A stretch of DNA of 64,000 bases from Gammaproteobacteria bacterium (GCA_965243205.1 CBDEUK010000002.1:2144001-2208000); one strand, 5' to 3'; shown: positions 20,082 through 34,036, counted from the first letter of the stretch. Program-made: numbers and translations. Notes: generated by a model not told the origin, from the sequence alone.

Positions 20082-20552
20082 GTGAATTTTAATGCAACCT
20101 TAATAGGCCAATTAGTTACCTTCGCAATCTTCGTCTGGTTTACCATGAAGTTTGTTTGGCCGTTGTTATTGCAACAAATGCAAGATCGTGAAAAACGTAT
20201 TGCAGATGGTTTAGCAGCAGCGGACGAAGGCACTCAAAAATTGGCCGAAGCTGAAGTGAAACTTCATGACGCAATTGAAGAAGGTAAGCAACGTGCAGCT
20301 GAAATCATTGCCCAAGGACAAAAACGTGGTGATGAAATCATTGAAGAAGCTAAACAAACTGCTCGCGAAGAAGGCGAACGTTTAAAGGCGGCTGCTCTAG
20401 CTGAGATTGAACAGGAACGCACCAAAGTAAAAGAGGAATTAAAATCTCAAGTAGCGGCGTTAGCGTTATCTGGCGCTGAGCAAATCTTGATGCGTGAAGT
20501 TGATAAAAATGCCCACAATGATGTATTGGGCAAAATCAGTTCTGCCTTATAG
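20082..20552 (+). CDS. atpF: F0F1 ATP synthase subunit b
   Basis: NATLIGQ...MKFVWP...IADGL; coiled coil. Confidence 0.97.
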   Translation: MNFNATLIGQLVTFAIFVWFTMKFVWPLLLQQMQDREKRIADGLAAADEGTQKLAEAEVKLHDAIEEGKQRAAEIIAQGQKRGDEIIEEAKQTAREEGERLKAAALAEIEQERTKVKEELKSQVAALALSGAEQILMREVDKNAHNDVLGKISSAL

Positions 20553-20561
20553 GTCGATAGT

Positions 20562-21101
20562 ATGCAGGAGAATATTACTATCGCGAGACCTTATGCTGAA
20601 GCAGCATTAGACACAGCAAAAGAAGAATCGGCAATGGACGCATGGTCCAGTATGTTAGAGATCTTAAGTATGATTGCTAAAGACAAAGACATGCAAATGC
20701 TGATCAGTAACCCAAGAGTTGAATCAAGCGTTTTGCATGAGATTGTTACCGAGGTATGTGGTGACAAAGTTACGAGTAATTCATGCAAAAACTTTATTCA
20801 AATTTTGATTGAAGCTGGTCGTTTAGAACAGGCTCCAGAGATACAACAACTGTTTGAACTAGAGCGTGCTGCTCAAGAAGGTTCTGCCAAAGTTGAAGTT
20901 TTTTCTGCATTTCCATTAGAGCAAAATCAACAAGATGAAATTGCGAATGCTATGGAAAAACGCTTAGGTAAAAAAGTGGTTATCAATACAGAAATCGATG
21001 AGTCCTTGATTGGTGGTGTTGTCATCCGTACAGGCGATTCTGTGATTGATGCTTCCGTTAAAGGCAGATTGACATCTTTAACGAATGAGTTTGCAGAATA
21101 A
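20562..21101 (+). CDS. atpH: F0F1 ATP synthase subunit delta
   Basis: TIARPYA; DESLIGGVVIR..D.VID.SV. Confidence 0.97.
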   Translation: MQENITIARPYAEAALDTAKEESAMDAWSSMLEILSMIAKDKDMQMLISNPRVESSVLHEIVTEVCGDKVTSNSCKNFIQILIEAGRLEQAPEIQQLFELERAAQEGSAKVEVFSAFPLEQNQQDEIANAMEKRLGKKVVINTEIDESLIGGVVIRTGDSVIDASVKGRLTSLTNEFAE

Positions 21102-21164
21102 ATAAGGTTTTTAATTTTAGTAATAACGTTGCAGTTATAAGTGAATTTTTAACGAGGAAATATC

Positions 21165-22706
21165 ATGTCCATCAGTGCAACAGAAATCAGTGATCTGATT
21201 AAGAAAAAAATCCAGAATTTAAATCTGGAAACCGATGCGCGTACCGAAGGTACTGTAGTCAGCTTGTCTGACGGTATCGCCCGTATCCATGGCTTAAGCG
21301 ATGTGATGCAAGGTGAGATGATCGAGTTCCCTGGCAATACCTATGGTCTTGCTTTGAACTTGGAACGAGACTCAGTCGGCGCGGTAATTTTAGGTTCTTA
21401 CGAGCACATCTCCGAAGGTGATGTCTGTAAATGTACTAAAAGAATTCTTGAAGTGCCTATTGGTGAAGAGTTATTAGGTCGTGTTGTTAACTCATTAGGG
21501 GCACCAATTGATGGTAAAGGTGACATCAATGCAAGTATGTCATCACCAATCGAAAAGATTGCGCCAGGGGTTATTGATCGTAAGTCGGTTGACCAACCTG
21601 TTCAAACAGGTTTGAAATCAATCGACTCAATGGTACCAATTGGCCGTGGTCAGCGTGAGTTAATCATTGGTGACCGTCAAACAGGTAAGACTGCTGTTGC
21701 GGTTGATACCATCATCAATCAAAAAGGTACAGGTGTTAAATGTATCTATGTTGCGATTGGTCAAAAAGCTTCATCGATTGCGACTGTCATTCGTAAGTTA
21801 GAAGAACATGGCGCGATGGAACATACCATCATCGTAGCGGCTTCTGCTTCTGACTCAGCAGCAATGCAATTTATTGCACCATATGCAGGTTGTACCATGG
21901 GTGAATATTTTCGTGACCGTGGTGAAGATGCATTAATTATTTATGATGATTTAACCAAACAAGCGTGGGCTTATCGTCAAGTATCATTATTATTAAAACG
22001 TCCACCGGGTCGTGAAGCGTATCCTGGTGATGTTTTCTATTTACATTCACGTTTGTTAGAACGTGCTTCTCGTGTAAATGAAAACTACGTTGAAAAATTC
22101 ACAGATGGAAAAGTTAAAGGCAAAACCGGTTCTTTAACCGCATTGCCGATTATTGAAACTCAAGCGGGTGACGTATCGGCTTTCGTACCAACCAACGTGA
22201 TCTCAATTACCGATGGCCAGATCTTCTTAGAAACTGATTTATTTAACTCGGGCTTCCGTCCTGCTATTAACGCGGGTCTATCTGTATCTCGTGTGGGTGG
22301 TGCAGCACAAACCAAGATCGTTAAGAAGCTTGGTGGTGGTGTACGTTTAGCCTTAGCGCAATATCGTGAATTAGCAGCGTTTGCTCAGTTTGCTTCTGAT
22401 TTAGATGATGCAACACGTAAGCAGTTAGAACGCGGCCAACGCGTTATGGAATTAATGAAACAGAAACAATATACGCCATTAAGTGTTGGTGAAATGGGTG
22501 TGACTTTGTTTGCTGTAGAACATGGTTATATCGATGATGTGGAATTAGAAAAAATCATTCCATTCGAAGAAGCATTACATAGCTATATGAATACTGAATA
22601 TTCTGATTTGATGAAAGATATCAATGAGTCTGGTAATTACTCAGATGAAATTGCAGATAGCATCAAAGCAGGTATCGAAAGCTTTAAAGCAAACGGTACT
22701 TGGTAA
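21165..22706 (+). CDS. atpA: F0F1 ATP synthase subunit alpha
   Basis: [35 protein letters not shown]. Confidence 0.99.
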   Translation: MSISATEISDLIKKKIQNLNLETDARTEGTVVSLSDGIARIHGLSDVMQGEMIEFPGNTYGLALNLERDSVGAVILGSYEHISEGDVCKCTKRILEVPIGEELLGRVVNSLGAPIDGKGDINASMSSPIEKIAPGVIDRKSVDQPVQTGLKSIDSMVPIGRGQRELIIGDRQTGKTAVAVDTIINQKGTGVKCIYVAIGQKASSIATVIRKLEEHGAMEHTIIVAASASDSAAMQFIAPYAGCTMGEYFRDRGEDALIIYDDLTKQAWAYRQVSLLLKRPPGREAYPGDVFYLHSRLLERASRVNENYVEKFTDGKVKGKTGSLTALPIIETQAGDVSAFVPTNVISITDGQIFLETDLFNSGFRPAINAGLSVSRVGGAAQTKIVKKLGGGVRLALAQYRELAAFAQFASDLDDATRKQLERGQRVMELMKQKQYTPLSVGEMGVTLFAVEHGYIDDVELEKIIPFEEALHSYMNTEYSDLMKDINESGNYSDEIADSIKAGIESFKANGTW

Positions 22707-22746
22707 TTCAGTATTCAGGTTAGACAACAGAAAGGTACAAAACTAA

Positions 22747-23610
22747 ATGGCTGTTGGAAAAGAGATACGAACCAAAATCGCTAGTGTAAAAAATACACAA
22801 AAAATTACCAAAGCGATGGAAATGGTTGCTGCGAGTAAAATGCGTAAAGCGCAGGATAGAATGGATGCTGCACGTCCGTATGCAAAAGGTATTCGTAACG
22901 TGATGGCTCACCTTGCTCACGCAAATCCTGAGTATAAGCATGAGTTTTTAATTCCTCGCGAACAAGTTAAACGAGTCGGCTTATTAATCATCTCAACCGA
23001 TCGTGGTTTATGTGGTGGATTAAACTCAAATCTATTCAGAGCAACCTTAGGACGCATGCGTCAATGGGATGAAGCGGGTGTTGAGTTTGATATTTGTTTA
23101 GTCGGTGCTAAAGCCGCTGGTTTCTTCAACAGCATTGGTGCAAAAGTGACTGCTCAAGTAACCCATCTTGGTGACCAACCAGCACTAGAAGATCTTTTGG
23201 GTAATATTAATTTATTACTTGATTCATATAAGGCTGGTGATATTGATGAGATTTATCTGATCAGTAATGAATTTGAGAACTCTATGACGCAAACTCCAAC
23301 AGTTGAGCAACTGGTTCCTATTAAACCTGTTGAAAGCGATGAATATAAACATCACTGGGATTATATCTATGAGCCTGATGCGAAAGAAGTTTTAGATGTA
23401 TTGCTTCAACGCTACATTGAGTCTGTTGTGTATCAAGCTGTTGTTGAGAACATTGCTTGTGAACAATCAGCACGAATGGTTGCGATGAAGAGTGCGTCAG
23501 ACAACGCTGGTAAATTGATTGATGAATTACAATTAGTTTATAACAAAGCACGACAAGCGGCGATTACTCAAGAGCTATCAGAGATTGTCAGTGGTGCAGC
23601 AGCTGTTTAA
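22747..23610 (+). CDS. atpG: F0F1 ATP synthase subunit gamma
   Basis: [35 protein letters not shown]. Confidence 0.99.
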   Translation: MAVGKEIRTKIASVKNTQKITKAMEMVAASKMRKAQDRMDAARPYAKGIRNVMAHLAHANPEYKHEFLIPREQVKRVGLLIISTDRGLCGGLNSNLFRATLGRMRQWDEAGVEFDICLVGAKAAGFFNSIGAKVTAQVTHLGDQPALEDLLGNINLLLDSYKAGDIDEIYLISNEFENSMTQTPTVEQLVPIKPVESDEYKHHWDYIYEPDAKEVLDVLLQRYIESVVYQAVVENIACEQSARMVAMKSASDNAGKLIDELQLVYNKARQAAITQELSEIVSGAAAV

Positions 23611-23630
23611 TAAAGAATTTAACAAACTAG

Positions 23631-25064
<1,434 letters not shown>

Positions 25065-25078
25065 GCTAAGGCAGAATT

Positions 25079-25498
25079 ATGGCATCAACAATTCAAGTCG
25101 ACATCGTCAGTGCTGAAAAAGAAATCTTTTCAGGTGAAGCTGAAATGGTCTTTGCACCTGCTTCTCAAGGTGAAGTCGGTATAGCACCAGGACATACGCC
25201 ATTAGTTTCAGCGTTATCACCTGGAGAGGTTTTGGTTATATTACCGGGTGGTGATAAACAAGGTTTTTATGTTTCTGGTGGTATGTTAGAAATCCAACCG
25301 AATGTTGTCACGGTTTTATCTGATGCAGCAGAACATTCAGAAGATTTAGATGAAGCAGCTGTATTAAAAGCGAAAGAAGAAGCTGAAAAAGCTTTTAAAG
25401 ACAATGATGGAACCATTGATTACGCCAAGGTATCTCAGCAATTGGCTGAAGCATCAGCGAGGTATCAAGCCTTACAGAGACTCAAAGGTCGACGCTAA
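25079..25498 (+). CDS. atpC: F0F1 ATP synthase subunit epsilon
   Basis: DIVSAE..IFSG, GEVGI.PGH.PL, VSGG.LE. Confidence 0.97.
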   Translation: MASTIQVDIVSAEKEIFSGEAEMVFAPASQGEVGIAPGHTPLVSALSPGEVLVILPGGDKQGFYVSGGMLEIQPNVVTVLSDAAEHSEDLDEAAVLKAKEEAEKAFKDNDGTIDYAKVSQQLAEASARYQALQRLKGRR

Positions 25499-25504
25499 AA
25501 ACTT

Positions 25505-25533
25505 AAAAACGCCCTATCAGGGCGTTTTTTTTT
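25505..25533 (+). terminator. Intrinsic terminator of the atp operon
   Basis: AAAAACGCCCT-atc-AGGGCG followed by T9. Confidence 0.9.
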
Positions 25534-25625
25534 ATCTTGAAAATACAATGTATAGATAAAATTAAAAAACTTTGGCATATTCGAATCTCAGTTATCAAAA
25601 ACAAATATATTAATGGAGCCTATGC

Positions 25626-26996
25626 ATGGCTAATAATCTAAGTGTTGTTATTCTCGCAGCGGGTAAAGGGACGCGTATGTACTCTGCTTTACCAAAAGTC
25701 TTACACCAATTATCTGATAGATCGTTACTTGAACATGTTTATACAACGGTTCAAGAATTAGATCATAGAGATGTGTATGTAGTTTATGGTTTTGGTGGCG
25801 ATATTGTTCGTGAACATTGCAAAGACATGTTTGTTAACTGGTGTGAACAAGCTGAACAACTTGGAACAGGCCATGCGGTAGCACAAGCTACGCCAGATAT
25901 TCCTGATGAAGATGATGTTCTGATTCTATATGGCGATGTACCTCTAACATCAAAAGAAACATTACAAAAACTTGTAGCTGCAGGACAAAAATCTGGTTTT
26001 GGTTTGTTAACAGTAGATATGGGTAACCCAACGGGTTATGGAAGAATTGTCCGCAATGAACAAGGTAAAGTTACAAAAATTGTAGAACAGAAAGATGCAA
26101 ACGAAAGTGAATTAGCGATTACCGAAGTAAATACGGGAATGATGATGATTAACGGAGCTAGCTTAAAAAAATGGTTATCATCATTAAAGAATGACAATGC
26201 TCAAAGTGAATATTATTTAACGGATGTGATTGAGATGGCTGTTAATGATGGTATCGAAATTCTTACGGTACAGCCTGATTCGCCAATTGAAGTGAATGGA
26301 ATCAATAATCGTAGCCAATTAGCTGAAATGGAGCGCTACTATCAATTGATACAAGCACATAACTTATTGAGACAAGGTGTGACTTTACGTGATCCTGCAA
26401 GATTTGATTTAAGAGGTGATTTAACCATAGGACAAGATTGCGTTATAGATATCAATGTAATTATGGAAGGTAATGTGACGATTGGTAATGATGTCACAAT
26501 CGGAGCTAATTGCATTATTAAAAATGCGGTCATCGGTGATGAAGTTGAAATTAAACCTAACACTGTTATTGAAGATGCTGAAATTGGCGTGCAATCGACC
26601 ATTGGTCCATTTGCACGACTACGACCAGATACCAAACTTGCTGAACAAACGCATATTGGAAATTTTGTTGAAATTAAAAAGTCTTTTGTTGATAAAGGAT
26701 CAAAAGTAAATCATTTAAGCTATGTCGGTGATAGCGAAGTGGGTATGAATGTGAATGTTGGCGCTGGTACAATTACCTGCAACTACGATGGTGCTAACAA
26801 ACATAAAACGATTATTGGAGATAATGTTTTTGTTGGTTCAGATACGCAATTAGTTGCACCTGTAAAAGTTGGATCGGGTGCGACCATTGGCGCTGGTACT
26901 ACAGTTACTAAAGATATTGAACCGACTGATTTAGTAATCAGTCGTGTTGAACAAAAAGCTATTTCTGGTTGGAAACGTCCGCAAAAGAAAAAATAA
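25626..26996 (+). CDS. glmU: Bifunctional UDP-GlcNAc pyrophosphorylase/glucosamine-1-P acetyltransferase
   Basis: [23 protein letters not shown], hexapeptide repeats, TCNYDGANK. Confidence 0.98.
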   Translation: MANNLSVVILAAGKGTRMYSALPKVLHQLSDRSLLEHVYTTVQELDHRDVYVVYGFGGDIVREHCKDMFVNWCEQAEQLGTGHAVAQATPDIPDEDDVLILYGDVPLTSKETLQKLVAAGQKSGFGLLTVDMGNPTGYGRIVRNEQGKVTKIVEQKDANESELAITEVNTGMMMINGASLKKWLSSLKNDNAQSEYYLTDVIEMAVNDGIEILTVQPDSPIEVNGINNRSQLAEMERYYQLIQAHNLLRQGVTLRDPARFDLRGDLTIGQDCVIDINVIMEGNVTIGNDVTIGANCIIKNAVIGDEVEIKPNTVIEDAEIGVQSTIGPFARLRPDTKLAEQTHIGNFVEIKKSFVDKGSKVNHLSYVGDSEVGMNVNVGAGTITCNYDGANKHKTIIGDNVFVGSDTQLVAPVKVGSGATIGAGTTVTKDIEPTDLVISRVEQKAISGWKRPQKKK

Positions 26997-27785
26997 ATGA
27001 AAGTTGGTTATTATCAATATAGACCTTTATTTAGTAAGGTCAAAAAAAATTTAAATAAAGTAATAAAAGCGCTTGATGGAGCTGATGCTGATTTGCTCGT
27101 GTTACCTGAGTTGGCCTTTAGTGGTTATTACTTTCAATCGAAAGATGAATTGGCTTCATTATCAGAAGATGTAAATGACTCAATCATTATTGATGAGTTA
27201 TCAAAGCTTTGCAACAAGAATAATTACTACATTGTTAGTGGTTTTACTGAGAAGTCAGGTAATGAATGTTATAACAGTTCAGTCTTAATAGGACCTCAAG
27301 GTTTAATTCATACGTATCGGAAATTACATCTTTTCAATGAAGAAAAAAATTATTTTACTGAAGGAGATACGCCTTTAGTAGTACATGATATTAATGGAAT
27401 TAAAATCGGTATGATGGTGTGTTTTGATTGGGCCTTTCCTGAAGTAACACGTACTTTAGCTTTAATGGATGTTGATATTATTTGTCATCCATCTAATTTG
27501 GTCTTAACGTTTTGCCAGCAAACAATGTTAAGTCGTTGTTTAGAAAATCGAGTATTTGCAATCACAGCGAATCGTTATGGTGCTGATAAACGTCCTCAAG
27601 GCGAATTAAAATTTACTGGTAATAGTCAAATTGTTGCTCCAGGGGGCGAGTTACTGCATCGTGGACCATCACAACGTGATGAATTATATATAATTGATAT
27701 TGATCCTAAGCTTGCCAGGCAAAAAAATATTACCAAATTAAACGACCTTTTAACCGATCGTCGTCCCGAATATTACAAATTATAA
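26997..27785 (+). CDS. Carbon-nitrogen hydrolase (nitrilase superfamily)
   Basis: Catalytic triad motifs LPE, YRKLHLF and VCFDWAFPE. Confidence 0.9.
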   Translation: MKVGYYQYRPLFSKVKKNLNKVIKALDGADADLLVLPELAFSGYYFQSKDELASLSEDVNDSIIIDELSKLCNKNNYYIVSGFTEKSGNECYNSSVLIGPQGLIHTYRKLHLFNEEKNYFTEGDTPLVVHDINGIKIGMMVCFDWAFPEVTRTLALMDVDIICHPSNLVLTFCQQTMLSRCLENRVFAITANRYGADKRPQGELKFTGNSQIVAPGGELLHRGPSQRDELYIIDIDPKLARQKNITKLNDLLTDRRPEYYKL

Positions 27786-27800
27786 CCCGTAGGAGATAAA

Positions 27801-28280
27801 ATGACTTTTGCTACAGCCGATCTATATGATGAGCATGAAGAACAATTACAAGTTGCTTTACCATTATTCAACAATTACGGTGGAAAAGATAAGTTTTATG
27901 GTGAAATAGTCACTATAAAATGCCATGAAGATAATACATTTGTGCGCAGTTTATTAGAGCAAGATGGTTCGGGAAAAGTTATGGTGGTTGATGGTGGAGA
28001 ATCAATGCGATGCGCATTAGTAGGAGACAATCTTGCAGAGTTAGGTAAGAAAAATAATTGGCAGGGAATTATTGTATCTGGGTGTATTCGAGATTCTGCT
28101 GTTATTAAAAATATTGATATCGGTTTAAAGGCTATGGGAACCAATCCTCGCAAAAGCATCAAGAAAGAACGTGGAGATTTAGATATGAGCGTAACTTTTG
28201 CAGGGGTGACGTTTACTTCTGGTCACTATGTCTATTGTGATGAAGATGGCATAGTCGTTTCTGCTAAAGCCTTAATTTAA
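27801..28280 (+). CDS. rraA: RraA / HMG aldolase family protein
   Basis: TADLYD, KCHEDN, VVDGG, ALVGD, GCIRD, DEDG. Confidence 0.92.
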   Translation: MTFATADLYDEHEEQLQVALPLFNNYGGKDKFYGEIVTIKCHEDNTFVRSLLEQDGSGKVMVVDGGESMRCALVGDNLAELGKKNNWQGIIVSGCIRDSAVIKNIDIGLKAMGTNPRKSIKKERGDLDMSVTFAGVTFTSGHYVYCDEDGIVVSAKALI

Positions 28281-28293
28281 ACTATATACCTAC

Positions 28294-29133
28294 ATGATTA
28301 TCTATTACCCGATCGCAATATATCTTGCGTATCGGGTATATTATTTTTCTTCTCAAGCAAACTTACATTATCAAACTTCGATTTCATATTTAAATTTTTC
28401 TAGTCAGTCAGAATTAGCGTGGAAGTCATTTTTAGAAGCGTTGTCATTAAATCTATATGATGGTGCTTCTGAAATCAGAGATAATATTATAATTTCCTCT
28501 GAGCAAGCAGTATCAGCTTTAAATAACGCAACTAATTATTCAATTGTATTTACTATATTAAGTTTTTTGTATTTTATTTATTTAATCTTTATAAAAAAAA
28601 CTACTAAGAATCAGATAATCATTCATAGTATTTTTTTAGCTTTTATATGTCTTGTGGTTGGAATATCTTCAACGATGTTGAACTTAATAGCTTTTAGGGA
28701 TTTGCCAGTTATAGGAATGGTTGTTTTAAAATTTGAATCTAAAACAGTTTTTACAGTATTAGAGACGTTTTGGCTGCATAGTAAATATTTCGTATTTACA
28801 TTGATACTATTGTTTAGTGTTATTGTTCCGATAATAAAATTGAGTTTATCATTTCTAATTGCATTAAATGTGAAAAGTAAGAATACAAGTAAATTCACAT
28901 CTTTTTTGAACGCAATTGGAAAATGGTCAATGACTGATGTATTTGTTGTTTCTATTTTATTAGCATTTTTTTCGATGAATATCGATGAATCAACTGATGC
29001 ATGGTTAGGGCATGGTTTGTATTTTTTTGCAATTTATTCAATTTTATCAATAATAATAGGCCAGTTAATCAATAATATACATAGCTTATCCGTTGACGAG
29101 GTTAAGGAGATTAAAGATGAAACAAAAACTTGA
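28294..29133 (+). CDS. Paraquat-inducible protein A (PqiA)-domain membrane protein
   Basis: FSVIVPIIKL and GKWSMTDVFVV motifs; multiple TM helices. Confidence 0.75.
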   Translation: MIIYYPIAIYLAYRVYYFSSQANLHYQTSISYLNFSSQSELAWKSFLEALSLNLYDGASEIRDNIIISSEQAVSALNNATNYSIVFTILSFLYFIYLIFIKKTTKNQIIIHSIFLAFICLVVGISSTMLNLIAFRDLPVIGMVVLKFESKTVFTVLETFWLHSKYFVFTLILLFSVIVPIIKLSLSFLIALNVKSKNTSKFTSFLNAIGKWSMTDVFVVSILLAFFSMNIDESTDAWLGHGLYFFAIYSILSIIIGQLINNIHSLSVDEVKEIKDETKT

Positions 29134-29425
29134 ACAAATATATCAAGATCCAGAGTTTCAGAATTTAGTTAAGAGAAAAAGCCGTTTTAGTTGGTTGTTA
29201 GCTATTTTTGTAATGGGTCTCTATTTCAGTTTCATTTTAGTGGTTGCGTTTTCTCCAGAAACATTTGCAATAAAAATCTCTGAAAGTTCTGTTGTAAGCA
29301 TTGGTATACCTATCGGTGTATTAGTGATTGTAGCTAGTTTTATATTGACAGGTATCTATGTCTATAGAGCAAATAAAGAGTTTGATAAGGCCAATCAAAT
29401 TTTAATAAATAAATACCAAGAATAG
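29117..29425 (+). CDS. DUF485 (YjcH-like) membrane protein, ActP partner
   Basis: AGGAG SD before ATG 29117; P.FQ.LV.RK..F.W and YVYRAN.EFD motifs; directly upstream of actP. Confidence 0.9.
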   Translation: MKQKLEQIYQDPEFQNLVKRKSRFSWLLAIFVMGLYFSFILVVAFSPETFAIKISESSVVSIGIPIGVLVIVASFILTGIYVYRANKEFDKANQILINKYQE

Positions 29426-29435
29426 GCAATCAATA

Positions 29436-31097
29436 ATGCTAAATAAATCTTTTGGAATTTTTTTACTGGCTATTTCTTTTGTTAATAACTGTTTCGCGGA
29501 TGCTTTAACAGGTGATGTAGAAAAACAAAATATTAATATCACTGCAATAACTTTATTTTTAATGTTTGTGGCAGCAACATTATTTATTACTTATTGGGCG
29601 GCAAGAAAAACTAAAACAACAAAAGATTTTTATGCCGCAGGAGGTGGGATCACTGGTTTCCAAAATGGCTTAGCCATTGCTGGAGACTTCATGTCTGCAG
29701 CATCTTTTTTAGGCATATCAGGTTTAGTATTTTCTACAGGTTTTGATGGCTTACTGTATTCGATTGGTTTTCTTGTTGGTTGGCCAATTATTTTATTTTT
29801 ATTAGCAGAGCGTTTGCGTAATCTTGGTAAATATACATTTGCCGATGCAGTAACGTTTCGCTTGAGTCCGTTACCGATAAGAAGTTTAGCTGCCAGCGGC
29901 ACTTTGGCAGTTGTTCTGTTGTATCTAATTGCACAGATGGTTGGCGCTGGTAAATTAATACAATTGTTATTTGGGCTTGAATACTATGCTGCGGTGATCA
30001 TTGTTGGGGTACTCATGATTTTATATGTGACTTTTGGCGGTATGCTTGCGACTACATGGGTACAAATTATTAAAGCAGTATTATTATTGTTTGGTGCTAG
30101 TTTTATGGCGTTTATGGTAATGGCTAAAATGGATTTTTCTTTTGAAACCTTATTCAACTCTGCTATTGAAGCACATACAAAAGGTATTGCTATTATGTCA
30201 CCTGGTGGTTTAGTGTCTGATCCTGTGTCTGCTATTTCTTTAGGTTTAGCGTTAATGTTTGGAACTGCAGGTTTACCACATATCTTAATGCGTTTCTTTA
30301 CCGTTCCAGATGCAAAAGAAGCCAGAAAATCTGTTTTTTATGCAACTGGTTTTATAGGTTATTTTTATATTCTTACATTTATTATTGGCTTTGGAGCGAT
30401 CGTTTTATTATTAGCTAATCCACAATTTCTTGAACCTGGAACATCTAAGATTGTTGGTGGTAATAACATGGCTGCGATACATCTAGCACAAGCTGTAGGT
30501 GGCGATATGTTTTTAGGTTTTATTTCAGCCGTTGCATTTGCAACGATTTTAGCCGTTGTTTCAGGCCTAACCTTATCAGGCGCTTCTGCTATTTCACATG
30601 ATCTTTATGCAAGTGTTATTCGTTCGGGTAAAGCGAATGAAACTGAAGAAGTAAAAGTTTCTAGGATAGCCACAATCTGTTTAGGAATACTTGCGATCTT
30701 ATTGGGCATTATTTTTGAGAAACAAAATGTTGCCTATATGGTTGGGTTAGCATTCGCAATTGCAGCCAGTGTTAACTTCCCAATTTTATTTTTATCTATG
30801 TATTGGCAAAAACTTACTACTAGTGGCGCATTTATTGGGGGTTCGGTTGGTTTATTCACGGCAATCATTTGCATGATCCTTGGGCCCACTATATGGGTGG
30901 ATACACTGGGAAATGATACGGCTATTTTTCCTTATAAGCATCCGGCTTTGTTTTCTATGACTGCAGCGTTTGTCGTTATATTTATAGTATCTTTATTAGA
31001 TAACAGCGAACGAGCAAAAAAAGAATCAGCTGATTTTATTCCTAAGTTTGTACGTTCACAGACAGGATTAGGCGCTGAAGGTGCTAGTAATCACTAA
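29436..31097 (+). CDS. actP: Cation/acetate symporter ActP
   Basis: [26 protein letters not shown]; [15 protein letters not shown]; RSQTG. Confidence 0.95.
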   Translation: MLNKSFGIFLLAISFVNNCFADALTGDVEKQNINITAITLFLMFVAATLFITYWAARKTKTTKDFYAAGGGITGFQNGLAIAGDFMSAASFLGISGLVFSTGFDGLLYSIGFLVGWPIILFLLAERLRNLGKYTFADAVTFRLSPLPIRSLAASGTLAVVLLYLIAQMVGAGKLIQLLFGLEYYAAVIIVGVLMILYVTFGGMLATTWVQIIKAVLLLFGASFMAFMVMAKMDFSFETLFNSAIEAHTKGIAIMSPGGLVSDPVSAISLGLALMFGTAGLPHILMRFFTVPDAKEARKSVFYATGFIGYFYILTFIIGFGAIVLLLANPQFLEPGTSKIVGGNNMAAIHLAQAVGGDMFLGFISAVAFATILAVVSGLTLSGASAISHDLYASVIRSGKANETEEVKVSRIATICLGILAILLGIIFEKQNVAYMVGLAFAIAASVNFPILFLSMYWQKLTTSGAFIGGSVGLFTAIICMILGPTIWVDTLGNDTAIFPYKHPALFSMTAAFVVIFIVSLLDNSERAKKESADFIPKFVRSQTGLGAEGASNH

Positions 31098-31102
31098 ACT
31101 AA

Positions 31103-32377
31103 TTACAGTTGTTTCATTACAGTTTCAGCCGCCGCTATAGTTTTCGCTATATCATCATCGTTATGTGCTGAAGAAACAAAACCTGCTTCAAATGATGATG
31201 GCGCTAAATAAACGCCTTGTTCTAACATGCCGTGGAAGAAACGATTAAATTTATCACCATCACAATTCATAACTTGAGCAAATTGTTCAACCTTAGATTC
31301 TTCTGAGAAAAATAAACCAAACATGCCGCCAACTTGATTGCTGGTAAAAGGAATAGATAGTTTATCAGCAACATTTTGAATTCCAGAAACAAATCCTTGG
31401 GTCTTTTCTGCAAGTGTTTCGAAGAAGTTTGTTTCGCTGATTAATTTTAAAGTTGTTAACCCCGCAGCCATAGCGACAGGATTACCAGATAAAGTACCTG
31501 CTTGATAGACTGGGCCATCAGGTGCAATGTGATCCATAATATTTGATTTGCCACCAAATGCACCAACAGGCATACCGCCGCCAATGACTTTACCTAAAAC
31601 GGTTAAATCAGGTTCGATATTATAGATTGATTGTGCTCCGCCTAGCGCCACACGAAAACCGCTCATCACTTCATCAAAGATTAAAACTGAACCATGGCCT
31701 GAACATTGTTCTCGAAGTGTTGATAAAAACTCGTCTGTACCAGGGACACAGTTCATATTGCCTGCAATCGGCTCAACAATGATAGCTGCGATATCACTAC
31801 CAATCTCATCCATTACTTGTTTAACTTGTTCAGGATTATTATATGAAAGTGTTATCGTATGTTGGGCCAAGTCAGCAGGTACACCAGGTGAAGTGGGTAC
31901 GCCAAGCGTTAGGGCACCAGAGCCTGCTTTGACAAGTAATGAATCTGCATGACCGTGATAACAACCTTCAAACTTTATGATTTTATCGCGACCTGTGAAC
32001 CCTCGAGCAAGTCTTATAGCACTCATAGCCGCTTCGGTTCCAGAACTCACCATACGTACTTTTTTAATAGAAGGCATAATTTGGCATATAAGCTCTGCCA
32101 TAGTTGATTCAATTTCAGTTGGTGCACCATAACTCAAACCATATTCAGCTTGTTCTTGAACTGCCTTAATGACTTCATCATGTGCATGGCCTAATACCAT
32201 AGGTCCCCATGAACCTACGTAATCAATATACGCTTTATCATCATAGTCATAAATATATGCACCTTTTGCACGCTTGATAAAGACAGGAGTACCACCAACG
32301 GATTTGAAAGCTCGTACAGGTGAATTAACGCCACCAGGAATGTATTGTTTTGCTTGAGTAAATAATGATTGAGACAT
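31103..32377 (-). CDS. hemL: Glutamate-1-semialdehyde 2,1-aminomutase
   Basis: [46 protein letters not shown]. Confidence 0.98.
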   Translation of the reverse strand: MSQSLFTQAKQYIPGGVNSPVRAFKSVGGTPVFIKRAKGAYIYDYDDKAYIDYVGSWGPMVLGHAHDEVIKAVQEQAEYGLSYGAPTEIESTMAELICQIMPSIKKVRMVSSGTEAAMSAIRLARGFTGRDKIIKFEGCYHGHADSLLVKAGSGALTLGVPTSPGVPADLAQHTITLSYNNPEQVKQVMDEIGSDIAAIIVEPIAGNMNCVPGTDEFLSTLREQCSGHGSVLIFDEVMSGFRVALGGAQSIYNIEPDLTVLGKVIGGGMPVGAFGGKSNIMDHIAPDGPVYQAGTLSGNPVAMAAGLTTLKLISETNFFETLAEKTQGFVSGIQNVADKLSIPFTSNQVGGMFGLFFSEESKVEQFAQVMNCDGDKFNRFFHGMLEQGVYLAPSSFEAGFVSSAHNDDDIAKTIAAAETVMKQL

Positions 32378-32382
32378 AGTTT

Positions 32383-33012
32383 TTAATTTTTAAATAGTGA
32401 TAAATAATTCTTTGCAGCAGAGTATGAATCAGAATCTTTATAGAGGCCACTGATTGCTGCAATAAAATCTACTTTTGCTGATACAAGTGGTCCAGCATTG
32501 ATTGGTGTAATGCCGCCTATGGCAACGATTGGAATTGTAATCACTGATTTAGCTCGTTGTATAATTCCAATTGGAGCGGGAACTGTATTAGATTTTGAAG
32601 TCGTGGGAAAAAATGCTCCAAACGCGACATAATCCGCACCTTTTTTTTCAGCTTCGATAGCCAAATTTAAATCATTGTAACAAGACACACCGATGATTTT
32701 ATTTGGTAAACATATTTTAGCATCAGTAATAGAAAAATCGTCTTTACCAATATGTAAACCATCGGCCTCAATAGCTTCTGTAATTTTAATGCTATCATTG
32801 ATAATTAGAGTCACATCATATTGAATACAGAGTTGTTTCAAACTGGCCGCATATTCTATCGATTGATCGATATCACATGATTTATTTCTATATTGGATAA
32901 GATTAATTCCAGCACGAAATAAAGATTCTGAACGCTCTAAAACTTCTTCATGAGTATGATTTTCATAATCTGTGATGGCATAAATTGGATTTAAAGAATT
33001 AAAACGCCGCAT
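32383..33012 (-). CDS. thiE: Thiamine-phosphate synthase
   Basis: QYRNK, IIND, GLHIG, GVSCYN, AIGGIT. Confidence 0.92.
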   Translation of the reverse strand: MRRFNSLNPIYAITDYENHTHEEVLERSESLFRAGINLIQYRNKSCDIDQSIEYAASLKQLCIQYDVTLIINDSIKITEAIEADGLHIGKDDFSITDAKICLPNKIIGVSCYNDLNLAIEAEKKGADYVAFGAFFPTTSKSNTVPAPIGIIQRAKSVITIPIVAIGGITPINAGPLVSAKVDFIAAISGLYKDSDSYSAAKNYLSLFKN

Positions 33013-33017
33013 AACAT

Positions 33018-33788
33018 TTATTGATTGAAAAAACGGTTGGGAATATAAGTGTTGTTAATATTGATGGTAGCAGAATTTAATGATTCCCATGTGTAGTCTA
33101 AAGCTTTTTTTACAGCTAGTTCTAATGGTTCATTCAGAGCTAATTGAGTTGCTAGTGCTGATGAAAGAGTACAACCACTGCCATGATATTCTCCAGGAAG
33201 TTTTTTATAGTCATAAGTAGATTCGTTATTTTTTATGACGAATGTATGGGTTAATGAATTTTCTTCAATCTTTGAACTGGTAATTAATAGAGATTTAGGG
33301 TTTATTTTTTCGAGAAATTGATACGCGTTTGTGCACTTTACATAAGAATATAACTGAGATACTTCTTGCTGATTTGGAGTGATAACAGAGCATAATGGTA
33401 TCAATTTATGTATAAGACATTCAATGAAAGTATTGTCATAAAATAAAAAACCAGATGTTGATTGTATGACAGGATCTAAAACAATTGGAATATCTGTGTT
33501 TCTAAGAACACTGATTATATTTTCCAATTGTTTGATAGTGGCAATGACGCCAATTTTAATAGCATCAATGGAGTATTCTTTAAAGATAGATTCTAGTTGT
33601 GAATTAAATATTTTAATATCTTGTGGATGTATTCCTGTTACCCCATGAGTCAGAGTTTGTTCGGTTAATGCAGTAATAACCGATAAAGCATGACAGCCAT
33701 TCGCGGTTATACTTTCTATATCGGCTTGGATCCCTGCGCCGCCAGTAGGATCGTGAGCTGCAATACTTAGAACAATTGGTTTCTTCAT
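33018..33788 (-). CDS. thiD: Hydroxymethylpyrimidine/phosphomethylpyrimidine kinase
   Basis: DPTGGAGIQADI, LDPV, TPN..E, HGSGCTLSSA. Confidence 0.88.
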   Translation of the reverse strand: MKKPIVLSIAAHDPTGGAGIQADIESITANGCHALSVITALTEQTLTHGVTGIHPQDIKIFNSQLESIFKEYSIDAIKIGVIATIKQLENIISVLRNTDIPIVLDPVIQSTSGFLFYDNTFIECLIHKLIPLCSVITPNQQEVSQLYSYVKCTNAYQFLEKINPKSLLITSSKIEENSLTHTFVIKNNESTYDYKKLPGEYHGSGCTLSSALATQLALNEPLELAVKKALDYTWESLNSATININNTYIPNRFFNQ

Positions 33789-33871
33789 TTTTCTTTATTT
33801 ACCATTTTAAAAGATTACTTTATCCTTTGCGGCTTGAAATTTTAACGTATTTTTAATTTGGGAAATAATAC

Positions 33872-34036
33872 ATGAAACAATATATGTGTGTAATTTGTGG
33901 CTGGGTGTATGACGAAGAGAAAGGTTGGCCAGATGATGATATTGCTCCAGGCACTAAATGGGACGATATACCGCCTAATTGGATATGTCCAGAATGTGGT
34001 GCACGTAAAGAAGATTTTGAAATGGTAGAGATTTAA
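33872..34036 (+). CDS. Rubredoxin (54 aa), absent from the ORF track
   Basis: Translates to [54 protein letters not shown], with two CxxC knuckles. Confidence 0.96.
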   Translation: MKQYMCVICGWVYDEEKGWPDDDIAPGTKWDDIPPNWICPECGARKEDFEMVEI

